Shown here one piece after another: positions 1 through 12,480 of a stretch of DNA of 64,000 bases (the stretch's first letter is position 1; each line of letters starts with the position of its first letter). A model generated the notes under the pieces. The model was not told where the DNA came from, did not search any database, and worked only from the letters and a program-made list of their open reading frames with translations. Where the stretch lies: positions 250,290-314,289 of the forward strand of contig NMRA01000221.1 in the NCBI GenBank assembly GCA_002633005.1, in the 5' to 3' direction. The position numbers were made by a program, and so were the translations under genes. The DNA comes from Phoronis australis. Lineage: Eukaryota; Animalia; Phoronida.

Positions 1-1029
1 CCATTTTTAAAAATATCCATGATCGGAGCCGTCGCCTTTTAACAAAAATTTTGGATCTGCCCCTGTTTAATGATGGTGTTGAAGTCCTAAAATGCTATCT
101 ATAAGATATCTTGATGCTCCACGTGGTGACGGGCTTCCTAATGAAGTGTACTGTTATTCAGTCCTAGATTCTTGTAAATGTCTGCTCTTATGAATGAGAT
201 TACAGTGTACTCAGTTTGACATATCACCTCTGGTCAGGAAGACATTACTTCCAGATGTCATATGTGAAAATCGAATATAATTCTTCTGTGTAAGATATTC
301 GTTTTAACGCAAAACGACCTGTGTCTGGTTGCATAGGGACTCAGTTAAGTTCCCTAAATCCACTTCGTATTTAACACTGAGTGTCATTACTAAGTCAATG
401 TTTGGCCTTGATACACATCCACGTTGAACTCCTTGTTGAGTTGACTGCTAAAGTTTGAGTCTAATACTGGAATAAAAACTTAAAAAACGTTATCGTTATT
501 CTGGCCAATTGGTGGCTTTTTGACCAGATGGCGCTGCATTTTGGTCAGAAAACCATCCCATACGTGTGACAAATCGAATCTTAAACTCCCTCCTCTATTT
601 AAAGAGGGACTCTCAATACTCTTATGTAGAGCTTCCTTTATACCCCTTCTGAACCAGTCTTCCTCGAAGAAGGGGTGTTAAGTAACCTCTCCATGAGGGT
701 ATTGAGAGTCCCTCTTTAAATAAAAGAGCGGGCAGTTACCGACGGACTTTCGAAGTTGTAGTTAAAATGTTGGCCCTCTATACTATAAGACAGTTTTGTA
801 TGTTTCTGACAGTCAAAGAGCGGCCTATCGGCAAAGCACTGGAGCCAGCAACGACAAAAGCAACCAAGAGGATTCTGAATTTTTATATTGAAAGGATTTT
901 CTAACGCGCGGTAGCCGACCTCTCCGTGCACCGGCCAATCTCAACTCGTGTAGGCCTATAATACGGGTAATTAGTACCTGGCTCTTTTAGATGTCATATC
1001 ATTGTTAGCAAAATGAATGATGGAGGAGT

Positions 1030-1300
1030 GTACGTTTTTAAAAGGGTACCACGCAAACCCGATTTTGGCTTATTAACAGAATCATACTCAGTAAAAAGAA
1101 CTTTTCCATTCAGTTCTCTGCCACAATTAACTAATGATGTGAAACTCTCGACAACCCTCAATAGTTTGGAGAAAATTTTTGAAAACTCAGAGTCTGGGGC
1201 AGGCAAGCGTGACCGCTTTTAGCCCGTGACTTACACGGCAACTGCGTAAAAGACCACCACCAAGGACCATAAAATTATCCGTTTTGTGAGATATGGAGGA
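1030..1300 (+). repeat. Dispersed repeat, homologous to ~57780-58030
   Basis: Colinear shared blocks gattt(t/c)ggc.tatt.acaga, acaaccctca, caggcaagc.tgacc, ggcaactg. Confidence 0.6.
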
Positions 1301-2529
1301 TGAGTTTTTCATTCTGGTTGATTCATGTCAATTGTACTTGTAAGATTCAGTTGACTCCAAAACAGTCTGGTTTGGTGAAGTAGGACGTACCTGATGCACA
1401 GCTTCAAATGACGCCAGCACAAACTAGAATGTTGGTGAGGGGACCAGTACGTCCTGTTCGTCATTAGTCTCCTGCACAGACCCTCGAACACGCTATCCGT
1501 GACGTCAGCGTGTGAGGCCCGGGAACCAGATTAGTTCGGCACTAAATGATCGCGATCCGACCTGAAAAATCCATCTCCCGTTTCGTTTCATCTCCAGACG
1601 AGAGCGGTCAAAGTAGGCCTACAGCTGCAGTCAACTAACTCCACGGAGTGAATCTACGCGCGTTAATTAATTCCCGCTGCTCTTTTGTCCGCAGGCTAAT
1701 TAGGCCTATCCATCACGCATCGAGTTCAAACAGTTGCAGTAACAAAAATGATGACCACTTCCATCAGCACTCAGGATAGACAGCGGTAACACTGACAACC
1801 AAAACGCATCTCAGTGAAGTCGTTTTCGGCTTCGGGTAAAAATGAGTTAACCTAGCCAGTGCTGTAGTGGTAAAATTATAGGTAAGTATGCGCCCTAAGC
1901 CCACCGTATCCGCGTTGAGCACTGAACGTAACTTACGGTGCGTAGGCGCTACGTGCAAATGCCAAAAGGTGGTTGGCTGCGCCTACGCCCCACTACAGTG
2001 CTGAACCTAGCTGATATCATAATTTCACGAAATTCAATTTCATGCAGACGGACTCAGCGAACCAACTCGAAAAGTGTAGCCGTCTATGGTCGGACCCCAG
2101 TCACCGGCCCTGACAAACCTAACGACTCAACTATTTTGTGTCGTCTTTCCAATCATCATACCGGGGAAAATGGTCCAAGTGGCAGTACATGTAAGTGACG
2201 TTTTACCGTAAGTTCAGGTGAGGAAGCAAACAATTGGAAATTTTCTTATTTCAGTTTTCACACAGCCCGATTTCAGTCTTATTTTTTCACACAGCCCGAG
2301 CAGTGAACTAATATACATTCTTGTTAGTTCGGTTGACTAAGGTGCACGCCGGACTCGGAATGAGGCCTACGTGGCACGATCGAGTTGTCGGGCAGTCCAC
2401 TAGCAGTGGCCCCAACACTGAGTTCGCTGAACTACTGAAAGAGCTCGTCCGGGTGGAACACTGATATGAATCGCGTCGTAAGTTGTGCGCGCACCCGGGG
2501 GGCCGGCGGGGCTCAGCGATCACGATCCC

Positions 2530-2610
2530 TCCCCCGCCATTGGGCAAAGTGCCGGCAAGTCCGCCTCCGGAGAAACAAAAGTCCGAGAAAATGAGACAAA
2601 ACTCCCCTAA
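2530..2610 (+). repeat. Dispersed repeat, inverted copy at ~22930-23010
   Basis: ggcaaagtg..gagaaac.aaaagtccgagaaaa.gagacaaaa is shared in reverse complement. Confidence 0.6.
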
Positions 2611-3035
2611 ACAAGCACAAACGCGCAATTCACAGTGTGCCCCCGTTTTTTTTTTTTTTTTGTTTTTTGTTTTGTTTTGTGAGTCAGCTCGCCTTTTTGT
2701 TACCAAAAGGTCCACAACGGCGAGAATGATTCGAGCCCCCCGTTGCTGAAGGCTGCCGGGGTGCGCGCATATGTCCAGAATGTTAAAAAGACAACTCGGT
2801 TCTACGACTAAAAGTTTACAACTGACTTGGCTATGTGAATGGGCCGCGACCCCGTCAGGTCGATGCTCCGCTGTCGTGTCTTTCGAACAATTGCATTGAC
2901 CCCCCTGTCGGTGGAATTGAAAGTGCGCAGATAGCCGTTAATTTTGGAGTCAGCCGCGCAGATTTTGCCTAGAAATTCTACATCTTCTGAACAAGAGTCT
3001 GATAAATTTGGGTAAGTTGTGGATTTGAGAAAACG

Positions 3036-3643
3036 TGACGTCAATGATTAACCTTTTCTCTCACACTGAAACTCTAAATCTGCCTGATTTGACCTCTAAT
3101 TAAGTAGATATTCTGGAATTCCCAAGGCCACTACTTGACTATTTCTTTGTCCCGCGCAGTCGCAATGGCCATTTTTGAGAAGACGACAAACTCAAAACCA
3201 AAAGTTTGCTGGAGTTGACGCCCGCTATTCTCCAATATTTGGAAAAGCATCATGACCTGTATAACCCACGATGTGTTAACTTCACGTATAGTCAATACCA
3301 TGAGTGGAAATTGCCGATATTTTGAATAATCGACCAAAAATCCAACGACAGTCTTGACCTGACATGTTCTCAAAATGAGTGTGTCGCCGCGCCTGCTCAG
3401 GCGCAGTCGCATAAACTGCGGCTTGTTATGATATCCTGACTTGATCTCTTTTCAATGGTGTTTGAGACGGTTAACACTCTTGACATATTAATTACAAACA
3501 CAGATTATTTGACTCTGGAACACAACATCGAATAAGACGTGCGAGTTCCACCCACGATTTGTCTGAAGGACATTTTCAAACATGGCCGTCCGGGAAATCG
3601 ACATTGACAACGGTCGTGAACCTCTGGCTTTGGTCGAAGAAAG
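3036..3643 (+). promoter_or_regulatory. Probable NRF1 promoter and non-coding/uORF first exon
   Basis: CpG-rich. Full CRE TGACGTCA at 3036-3043. Palindrome GCGCCTG-CT-CAGGCGC at 3389-3404. YY1/Kozak-like CAAACATGGCC near 3577. AAG|GTGAAC donor at 3644. Confidence 0.55.
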
Positions 3644-4854
3644 GTGAACATTCATTGAACGAAGCCTGTTCTTGGGACCTTAGGTTTTCTAATAGTTCAT
3701 TTTAACCAGTTTCAATGCAATCATTTGTGTATGACCTTCAAACGGCTGTTTGCAATAGTTGATCTGTAGTGTTTGGTCTAGAATAGATAGACTAGATTTC
3801 AACACTCGTCACTCGTCTCGGGGGGTGTCCATTATTGTGACTATTGTGTTAGGCCTACACTAGAATTTTTACACGTTATGTGTGTTTCCTAGGTCTTGAA
3901 ATGATGAGCAGTTGCACACTATACAGACATTTTTGACCAAAACGTGCAAATACCCCTTTTCAAGCTACAAGTCATTATTTCTTTGGCTCCACTGATTGTG
4001 CATTTCATCTTTGCAAAGATTTTTCAGCCTTGAGAAAACTTATTTTAAGTCACATTTCATCCTCAAACTTCTCAACTACTTAGAAGCCTGTCCTTTTAAA
4101 GATTGTACCCCTGTAAGTGAGTGTTATAAGCCCACATTCACTACACTATTTCTGACTTATAAACTTATAAATTTACATTTGCTGTACTTTGGCTTGAAAT
4201 AAACAGTTGTGGAACAGAAGTATAACTGTGTGCAGGCATAAGTGAAGACATTGAGGAACATATTAGCAAATAATAATCCAGAAGTTGTTACAGACTAGCA
4301 GGACAGATCTGAAACTAGACTGTGGATCGACTAATAGTAGCCTCGGTATGAGCTATATTTAATTCATTTGCTGGACTTTGGGAGGTCAATCCTTTCGTTG
4401 GATAGATAGCAAGGCACATTTTTAAATCCCTCTTCTGTTGATGTCATGGAGTGGGTGGATTGTTCCATTGTGGCAAAAAACTACTAGTAAGCCAACACAA
4501 ATTTTATAAGTAAAAAATTCTTGCGTCAAGGGTCTTGCGATTGCTTTACCTTACCGAACATGACCCAGGATAGTGCAATCAACGTCAAGAGAAGTGAGAC
4601 AATAAATACAAATTGGTAATCTTTTCCTGATTATACTTGTACACACAATTCTCCAGGAAGTCACTAGGTGGCGCTTGCAACAAATTTAAATATTCGCGAT
4701 TTTAATGAGACGTAGCATTTTTATAGTGCTTGTTTCATGAACCAGGGGTTGCGGGTTAAATTGTTTTATGCTCCAAACCTATGGATGTGTGAATAGCCCT
4801 CGGTAAGCTCACAGTTAATTGGCTTGTAACATTAATCCCATTTGCATTTCAGCT

Positions 4855-5050
4855 ATGATACACGTGACCAGTGGCATCAACACTTCAAGTATGACGACGA
4901 TCAATACTTCAAGTATCAATCACATGAACACGTCGATCATGAGCGATGACATGAGTGAACCCAGTTCACCTGAGAGTCACAGCTTTGATGACAAAGACAT
5001 TCTGCTACACTCCATCTCTGACGTGGTCACAGCACAACTGGCCGCTTCAG
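4855..5050 (+). CDS. NRF1: NRF1 coding exon 1 (MIHV..SEPSSPES..VTAQLAAS)
   Basis: Acceptor tttcag at 4847-4852, donor GT at 5051, phase 1. Confidence 0.9.
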
Positions 5051-8000
5051 GTAGTTGTATTATGGGTTGATGGCCGTTATTATTACAGCTGTGTGCAGTG
5101 CTGGCCTTAAAAGCTGCTACTTTAATTAAGAGTTGAGTTTTTTCAAGTTAGCATAGCTCTAATTGTAATTTTGTGCGGTTACATTATGGATCAGATTCAT
5201 TTGTTGATTGCGTCTGCATTAAGAGAACCCCAGCAAACTTGATTTGTTCTAAAGTTTGGCTTTAAAGCCTGTTCCACTTTTGTATTTTAGCTGTCAGGTC
5301 ATGAGCACTTAATAGCCAAGCTTCATTGTATTTTTGGTAACAGAATCGATTGTGTCCGTTCTCTAACCTTCAGTGCAGTGTCCAGTTTCTTTTGTCTAGT
5401 GTACATGATTTGAAGTAGCGTGCAAAACCATAGCCAAACTGCAAGTGTAACTGGTAGTTTTGGGGATTATCTCCCCAATCTAGAACACACAAAACTTTCC
5501 AAGAGTATTCCAAATCCTGGATGTTTGTTCCCTATGCACAGCCATCTTCCCATGTATAAACCATAGATGTCACACGTTTGAATCTGATATATTAAGCCCC
5601 ATATGTTTCTTTCAGGCCCTATAGGTGTCGCCGCTGCAGCAGCCATCGCCACTGGCAAGAAGCGGAAACGACCGCACGCGTTTGAGACCAATCCATCTAT
5701 TCGTAAACGTCAACAGACACGACTTCTGCGTAAGCTAAAGAATACCATTGAAGAGTACACAACAAGAGTGGGACAGCAAGCCATTGTGTTGTGTTGTACG
5801 CCAGGCAAACCTGCAACTGTGAGTACTGGACATGGCAATGTTATCGTAGTCCATTGTTTGAGCACATTGTGCACTAAGACTATCAGAAAACCTAAATCAG
5901 TTCACAGCCTTGGAGTGCATCCCGTACAGTGTCAAAATAGTTGATCACACTTAGTTTTTTGGTGAATATCTCTTTTCTATGGAATGCAGCCCTCAGATAC
6001 ATCAAAAACACCAAATACTTGCCATCGTATACAATTATTGACTTTCAGTAAGGTTGATATTTTGGTTTCAAACCTCAGAAATGTGAAAATTGCCACGGTA
6101 TGTGTTTTTGCTTAATTTTTTTGCAAATAATTAGATCACGTGATATTTTGACAGTAGTGGCTCCACTAAAAGACTGCATAGTAACGATTAATTTGTCAAT
6201 CAAAAATTGAGCGTGGTGGCTCAAGTTTTGAGCATGGGATTCAACACTTGAGTGTGGTGGCTGTGCACACTTAAAGCCTGATGAGAATACCGCCATGTTT
6301 CTTGTAGTCCAGTATGTCGTACAAAGTGTTTGGCTCCCAGCCTCTGGAGACAGTAGTTAGACAGAATCGTAACAACATCATGTCATCACTTGAAGAGATC
6401 TTGGCACAACAAGCACCCACCTCATCACAGGACACGGCTGGCATGCATGAACTACCACCGCTCGTTATAGACGGCATTCCCACACCCATCGACAAGATGA
6501 CGCAGGTATGTTGATCTTTGTTTTGAGACAGTACCTTATAAGTTTTTGTCCAGTTTATTGTCACGGATTATAATGTCAGTATGATTTGTTAGACATGTTT
6601 TCAATACTACTATACATACAGTGCAGGAAAAAGGTAATCAGACGAAATACTGTTTCCCTGACATGACTACTTATTGTTAACAACAAAATTTGCTGGTAAT
6701 GGTTATTGTAGCAGCAAAATTCTAGCGGCGCATTGGGTTGGCCACCTTCCCCGTCATTCTCGGTCGTGGGGGGAGGCAGCCCAGTCTATGAAGTCTGCTT
6801 CCGCTCAGCTGTCATTTTGTCTAATTGTTTTTGGCTTGTGCTGTAATGTAGAGTTAGCAACATGAGTGAGTTTGTCTGATTGCTTTGGAGCCAGGCTGAG
6901 TCACAATGCATTACATGGTGCCAGATTGGGACACTATGGATTACATGGTGACAGGAGTGGACACGAAAGCATGTCTTCATTCTCCCGTGGAAGGCAGAAA
7001 ACAGCGCATCATTCATTTTATCTGTCGTAAACAGTTACGTAGCTTACTTTGTATTTTTTAAAGAAGAAAAGATTTTGCTTTTGTACTGCATTTCCTTTTG
7101 TGTCAATCACGTTTTTCCAGATTACAATTTTGGGAAAAGGTTTCCTATCGTAGTCACAAGAGAGCAGCACTGGAATTTGATTTATAATAAATGACATGAG
7201 AGACAAGTCGTTTAAGGTTTGACTCAACCCTATGACATGTTTATTTTACTATGTTCTGATTACAGGCCCAGTTGCGAAATTTCATCCCAGAGATGTTGAA
7301 GTACTCAACAGGTCGTAGTAAGCCTGGTTGGGGTAAGATGGAGTTTAGACCTGTCTGGTGGCCCAGTGACTTGCCTTGGGCCAATGTACGCAGTGATGTA
7401 CGTACTGATGAGGAAAAGAAAAGGGTAAGTCATACGTAGCGTTGTATGTGTGGCGTTGTATGTATGGCGTTGTATGTAACCTAGTTAAGTCAAAGCTTTT
7501 GTCTTCTCTTGAACCCCAAAAATATTTTGGTGTGTCTCAAGCAAAACTTTCACATACTGTTCCAGTTTGAGAGGTCCTTTCACTTTTTCAGATACGACAT
7601 GCCTTGTAATGGTGTTCTCCTATTTGTTAAATAAGGGCTGTTCCAGCAAAATCTGTGTGGGAGGGGGGAAGGCAACTGAAATAAAAATTTATGGACGGTT
7701 GCGTTTGACTTAAATTCAAAGTGGCTGGTGGTCGTACTTCAAAAAAAAAAATTACAGGTCGTTAATGTTTCATTGGGCCATAAATGTTTGATGGTGGGTA
7801 ATTTTAGTAAATTTTATATACAATCTGCACAGAATCAAAAACTGAAATAAAAATGCAACTTGCAAAGAGCTCCGACTTTTTCACTCCTTACGATCTCCTC
7901 ATCGGCATGCCCATAACACCATTTAACCACAGGTGCTCGAATTTCTCGATGGCTAATAACCATATATATGAAACATATGTTTTCGTAGTAATGAATGACG

Positions 8001-11000
8001 TTAGTGGTGATGGAGGAACAGATAAACTCAAGCGCTTGTGCAGTCAACCACAAGAACAAAAAAAAATTACGGGTGGTTGCATTTCAAACTTATAAAAAAT
8101 TATGGGTGGTAGGCTGAAGAAATAAATGAAAAATATGGGTGGTGGGTGCGAAAAAAGGTGCCTTTCCCCCCCTCCCATACAGATTTTACTGGAACAGCCC
8201 TAACTTAGTTTCATAGTTATACAAAACATTTTTAACTGGTTGTATGACTGTTGCATTTGCTGTATTAGAATGATGAGTGTAGTTACAGTCTTCAGTAGAT
8301 AACAAATTTTTTGGAAAGTAAGGGTTAATCACTAGTTATTAAGACGTGATCTTTATATCACACACTTCATCAACCAAAAAAAAGGTGCGATCCATCTGTC
8401 ATGAGATTTCATTTCCATTTTTGTCAATGAAATATCCTGTCCTTCCCAAACCCACACCACCCCCTCTACTCTGCCTTGTAATGCTCTGCACCTACTGTTA
8501 CAGTAGTCTATCCCACACCACTCCACCTCCACGCCACCTAGCCCCACANNNNNNNNNNNNNNNNNNNNNNNNNNNNNNNNNNNNNNNNNCATTGCCCCAC
8601 AGCCTCCTGCCCCACATCACTCCACCGCACACCACTCTGGCCCACATCACTCCAACTCATACCACCCTGCCCCGCATTACTCCATCCCACATTGCCCCGC
8701 TTCACCCTGACCCACCGCCCCCCACACCACCCCTTCCTGATCTACATGTGCAGCTCTGCATAACACTACACCTACTCATTTCTAGGTGTCGTGGACACAT
8801 GCTCTGAGAACCATTGTGAAGAACTGTTACAAGCACCATGGACGAGAGGACATGTTCCCTCAGTTTGCTGAACAGCCACAGCAACAGAACACCGTACACT
8901 ACGCAGCACACCAGACTATGGTAAGCAGTTATGAGTGTAGTGTTTAAAGTAGTACTACAGAGTTCACTGTAACATCTGAATACTACACTATGTCGCACAT
9001 CAGACTATGGTAAGCAGAATTGAGTGTAGTGTTTAGTGTAGTCCTCCCAGGTTCGCTGTAACTTCTGAATACTGCACTATGCATCACATCAGACAATGGT
9101 AGCAGTGTTGAATGTAACGTGTGCCTCCAGGCTTCACTGGAACATCTGAGTGTAGGCAGAGTGACATCTGAGTGTAGGCGGAGTGACATCTGAGTGTAGG
9201 CGGAGTGACATCTGAGTGTAGGCGGAGTGACATCTGAGTGTAGGCAGAGTGACATCTGAGTGTAGGCAGAGTGAGTTGATGAAGTGTGATGTTGCATCAT
9301 GGTACTGTCTGATGAATTCATCCTATTTCTGTAAACTTGAAAAAGTTTTAGGATTGTGGAGACGTCTGACTGGCCGTCACTGTTGTTTTACGTGATTGTT
9401 GAACTATACTTCGTCCACACAGTTGCAGATTAAAATTCAGTTTCATGCTTGAAACTTACTTGAGCGTGACTTTGCTCGATTTGAACAAAGGTCCTCAGTA
9501 CACTTATTCTAATCCGTTCGCTCGACCTGTCAAATAAGTAAAATTTCTACTTTCTCAGATAGAATGTCTTGGTGCAGCCGGATCCAGCTTTAGGTGAGAT
9601 TTAGTAATAAGAGTTATGTTGAAAATAGCAATATTTAAATCCTTTCCCTGATACCTCACAAACCGACCCTGGTTACTCATAGTTCAACAGGGGTGTGAAC
9701 TTTTATTTCTTTCCTTGCAGGTTCAAACTATAAATAACCCTGATGGCACAGTCTCAATTATACAGATTGACGCTGGTAACATCCACACTATTCCTGGCCA
9801 CCAGGTGGTGACACTGTCTGACGGCACACAGGCCACCGTGGTTCATACTGTAAGTGTCTCAAGAGCTTTATGAAGTGTTAAAAGTATCTCTTGGTTAAAA
9901 TTTTGTTGATTTTTGCTACGGTTTTACAATGTAGACAGTGAGATTCTGTATGTCAATGTGAGAGTGGTCTGTAGTATTTATTAAAAGCACTAAAATTAAA
10001 TGTACTTGTTATCTTCCAAGACCCGTTTGTCCTCGGTGTAAAACCTTGGTTATCGTGCACTGATTGGTTGTCTCCCCTGTAGCTTCCACCACAGACGTCG
10101 GCTGAAGCCACCCAGGCAGTTCAAACACTGGCAGAGGTGGCCACACATCACCACGATGCACACAACGGCTCAGTCAGTGTTGAGATGAACAATGAAGCAG
10201 CTGCGCACGCCTTAGCAACAGTTGCCGAGGCCCACCTACACGAGGGCTCTATAATACTTACTGACGCCCACGGATTAGGCGGAGGGGATGGAAGTGAGTA
10301 ATGACTTTAAAGTTTAATTAAAATTTTAAAATTGAAATTGAACATCTCAGATTCATATAAGGGACGCGTTAACGTAGAAAAGTTCTGACCGCGTCGTGAT
10401 CCTTACGAATGTCTTCAACCTCCACAGACCTGGGTTCATTTGAATCTTTTTTTGATTGTTACTGCCACATTTATCTGGTTACGTAGGACTCTAGAAAAAT
10501 TATCAATTTTGGCCAACTCCGGAGCACGTCTCAAGAAGTGGCATTACAGATTCACATAAAACTTCCAGGTATTTTGCTCTATGAGCTTTTCTCCAAAAGG
10601 TTGTTAGGGATTGTTTTTGAAATTTTCATGGGGGGGCTGAAAAAACAGGACTTTTACAATTCCTGTGAAAAAAAAAATTTTTTCAAGTTGCATTATATGA
10701 AAACCGAATGATAATTTAGTGAACTGTAATAGAGTTATCAAGATTTCATTTTGATTATTTATATTATACAAAATTGAGTCATGTAATTGATCCTGTTGTT
10801 TTGCCATAAAGAATGTACCTTTCCTTTTTTCTCTAAATTTTACCAAGAAAGCGCGAGCTTATTAATGACAAATTGGTATAAGGTCAACAATTAAGTTCTA
10901 TGGAATTTTTGCTTTTAGATAGTATATACTTTTACTGAGTGAAATTGTATTGTGTTGTACATATTAGGCTTAATGTACAGACTCCTTGAGTGTGAATACA

Positions 11001-11447
11001 GTTACTGTCAACTTTGGTGTACTTTGTTTGATTTAAATGCGCTATCAGTGTTCTCACCAGGATTAAAATTGAACGTGGTGGAATGACAAAATGATGCTAT
11101 TTGCAATGTTCAGCTAAGTCCTGAAGTGAGACCACAGTGTCCTGGGTTTTCCAGTTTAAATTTTTTAGTAAGAATTTGATCGTAGTTAGGAAATACTTTT
11201 TGTTTAGAAAGTCTCTACAATGTTAAGTCTTTTGTAAACCAGGTTGTCCCAGCATGCTCGAGTTCAATTGTACTCTTGTGTTTCAGACTTAGTCATCCCA
11301 GTATCCATGTATCAGACCGTGGTGTCTGGGGCAGCGCAGCTGGCAGAGAGTCAAAATGTACAGGTTGCCATGGCACCCACAGGAAATAGTTCTGTGCCAG
11401 ACGCAACAACTGCTGTGGAGGTGATCGCCATGGATAGTGATCAGTGA
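4855..11447 (+). CDS. NRF1: Nuclear respiratory factor 1 / P3A2 / erect wing family transcription factor, 8 coding exons, 463 aa
   Basis: Exons 4855-5050, 5616-5818, 6308-6505, 7266-7424, 8786-8920, 9721-9849, 10083-10293, 11287-11447. All introns are GT-AG with matching phases, and the total is 1392 nt. Family motifs: GKKRKRPHAFETNPSIRKRQQTRLLRKL, ELPPLVIDGIPT, KPGWGK..RPVWWP..LPWANVRSD, VSWTHALRTIVKNCYKHHGRED, IPVSMYQTVV..VQVAMAP. The start Met is uncertain (several in-frame ATGs from 4855 to 4951). Confidence 0.96.
5616..5818 (+). CDS. NRF1: NRF1 coding exon 2 (NLS / DNA-binding domain start)
   Basis: GPIGVAAAAAIATGKKRKRPHAFETNPS..CCTPGKPAT; ttcag acceptor, gtgagt donor. Confidence 0.96.
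6308..6505 (+). CDS. NRF1: NRF1 coding exon 3
   Basis: SSMSYKVFGSQPLE..ELPPLVIDGIPTPIDKMTQ; 198 nt, phase 0-0. Confidence 0.95.
7266..7424 (+). CDS. NRF1: NRF1 coding exon 4
   Basis: AQLRNFIPEMLKYSTGRSKPGWGKMEFRPVWWPSDLPWANVRSDVRTDEEKKR; tacag acceptor, gtaagt donor. Confidence 0.96.
7635..8200. mobile_element. PIF/Harbinger (Tourist-like) MITE, copy 1
   Basis: ~38-bp imperfect TIRs GGGCTGTTCCAG(C/T)AAAATCTGT(G/A)TGGGAGGGGGGAAGGCA. TAA on both sides (7632-7634, 8201-8203). Confidence 0.85.
8549..8589. other. Assembly gap (41 N) inside a CA-rich low-complexity tandem repeat (~8450-8740)
   Basis: Read directly from the sequence. Confidence 0.99.
8786..8920 (+). CDS. NRF1: NRF1 coding exon 5
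   Basis: VSWTHALRTIVKNCYKHHGREDMFPQF..HQTM; ttctag acceptor, gtaagc donor. Confidence 0.95.
8895..9140 (+). repeat. 89-bp tandem triplication of the NRF1 exon-5 3' end and splice donor
   Basis: cagac(t/a)atg|gta at 8921, 9010 and 9099. Confidence 0.85.
9142..9273. repeat. 22-bp minisatellite x6
   Basis: Unit ACATCTGAGTGTAGGC(A/G)GAGTG. Confidence 0.95.
9721..9849 (+). CDS. NRF1: NRF1 coding exon 6
   Basis: VQTINNPDGTVSIIQ.., like vertebrate VQTFSNPDGTVSLIQ; ttgcag acceptor, gtaagt donor. Confidence 0.93.
10083..10293 (+). CDS. NRF1: NRF1 coding exon 7 (activation domain)
   Basis: EATQAVQTLAE..NEAAAHALATVAEA; ctgtag acceptor, gtgagt donor, phase 1. Confidence 0.92.
11287..11447 (+). CDS. 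NRF1: NRF1 last coding exon
   Basis: NLVIPVSMYQTVV..VQVAMAP..AVEVIAMDSDQ-stop. Confidence 0.93.
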
Positions 11448-11977
11448 CGCTGCCCTTAGTGTTTGTTGAAATTATTGGACTTAAAGTTTGTCTTCATCTT
11501 GTGATGTTGTGTTGGTTTTTACAGTCACTCTGCAGTTGTTGTCTCTCCTTTAAATTGTCAGGAGTTAATTTTGCCCTCATAATTATTATGCCAAGAGGGA
11601 CAATCCAAAAATTATTATATTGAAAGTTATTTTCAGGGTATCATTGAAAGTTACAGGTGGTCATTTCAAGTCATCTTCATTTCTTGATTTTTATCACTGG
11701 AGTAGGCTACATTTTCTGTTGTTACCATTAAATATTGTCATTTTTCACTTTATATTTTGTTACAAAAAGGTTTACCAAGAATTTTTTTGTGTCGGTTGTT
11801 CAGTTCAAGCCATGCCAACAGTGAAGTGGGCATATCGTGCCAAACAGGTGTGAAGTATCACCAAATATTCAACATCAGATTGCTGCACTCTGCTGTATTA
11901 AAATCACATCCCCTTTGCATTCATTTTGTACACTTTGAAATCAGTTGAATTCCATGCTTGGCAACTTTTGTTCTGTG

Positions 11978-11983
11978 AATAAA
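11978..11983 (+). terminator. Candidate NRF1 polyadenylation signal AATAAA
   Basis: First AATAAA noted in the T-rich 3' UTR. Alternatives are TATAAA at 12388 and AATAAA at 12596 and 12630. Confidence 0.4.
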
Positions 11984-12480
11984 CCATACAAATACAATTT
12001 ACTGTGACGGGACTAACTGCCTTAATAACTCTTATTTTATTTCAAGACATTTTTCATTTGTAATAATCACTCAACATTTCAATTTATTCATTTCGATTCA
12101 TAATACATGTGAAACAGTGTATCATGCTTGTAATGTCTGTATGCTTATAACGTCGTATTGTACAAGTTCTAAACCAACTGTACTGTTAAGTAGATTTGGT
12201 TGCAGCAAACTTGATTGTTCTGGGAAGATCTAGCCATGATGTGGGATTGTAGTGGGAAACACAAATGTGGATTTGTAAACTAACAGGTGAATGAATGGTG
12301 TATATATTTATCAATGATCTTAGACTGGACACTGCATTGGACCTTATATTGTGCATTTCTCAGATGATGTCATTCAGTCGCTTCATCTATAAAATGGCCA
12401 GTTGAAAAACGGCTTTGTATCAAGTGTTTTCTTTAACAATGGCTACGTGCCAAGGATAAACCAATGTCACACATTAATAT

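Noticed and set aside
2308-2749. 135-aa and 88-aa ORFs upstream of NRF1
   Set aside because: They overlap a dispersed repeat and a poly-T tract, with no recognisable domain.
3131-3173. Divergent coding start MAIATARDKEIVK on the - strand
   Set aside because: It stops after 13 codons, the donor is weak, and no downstream exons were recognised in 1-3100.
9559-9593. Possible cassette exon in NRF1 intron 5 (tttctcag..TAG|gtgaga)
   Set aside because: 35 or 31 nt, frameshifting, and the protein is continuous without it; no supporting evidence.
11445-11460. Stop-codon readthrough or selenocysteine at the TGA stops of NRF1 or AHCYL
   Set aside because: Both proteins end where the family C-termini end, NRF1 hits TAG four codons later, and no SECIS was recognised.
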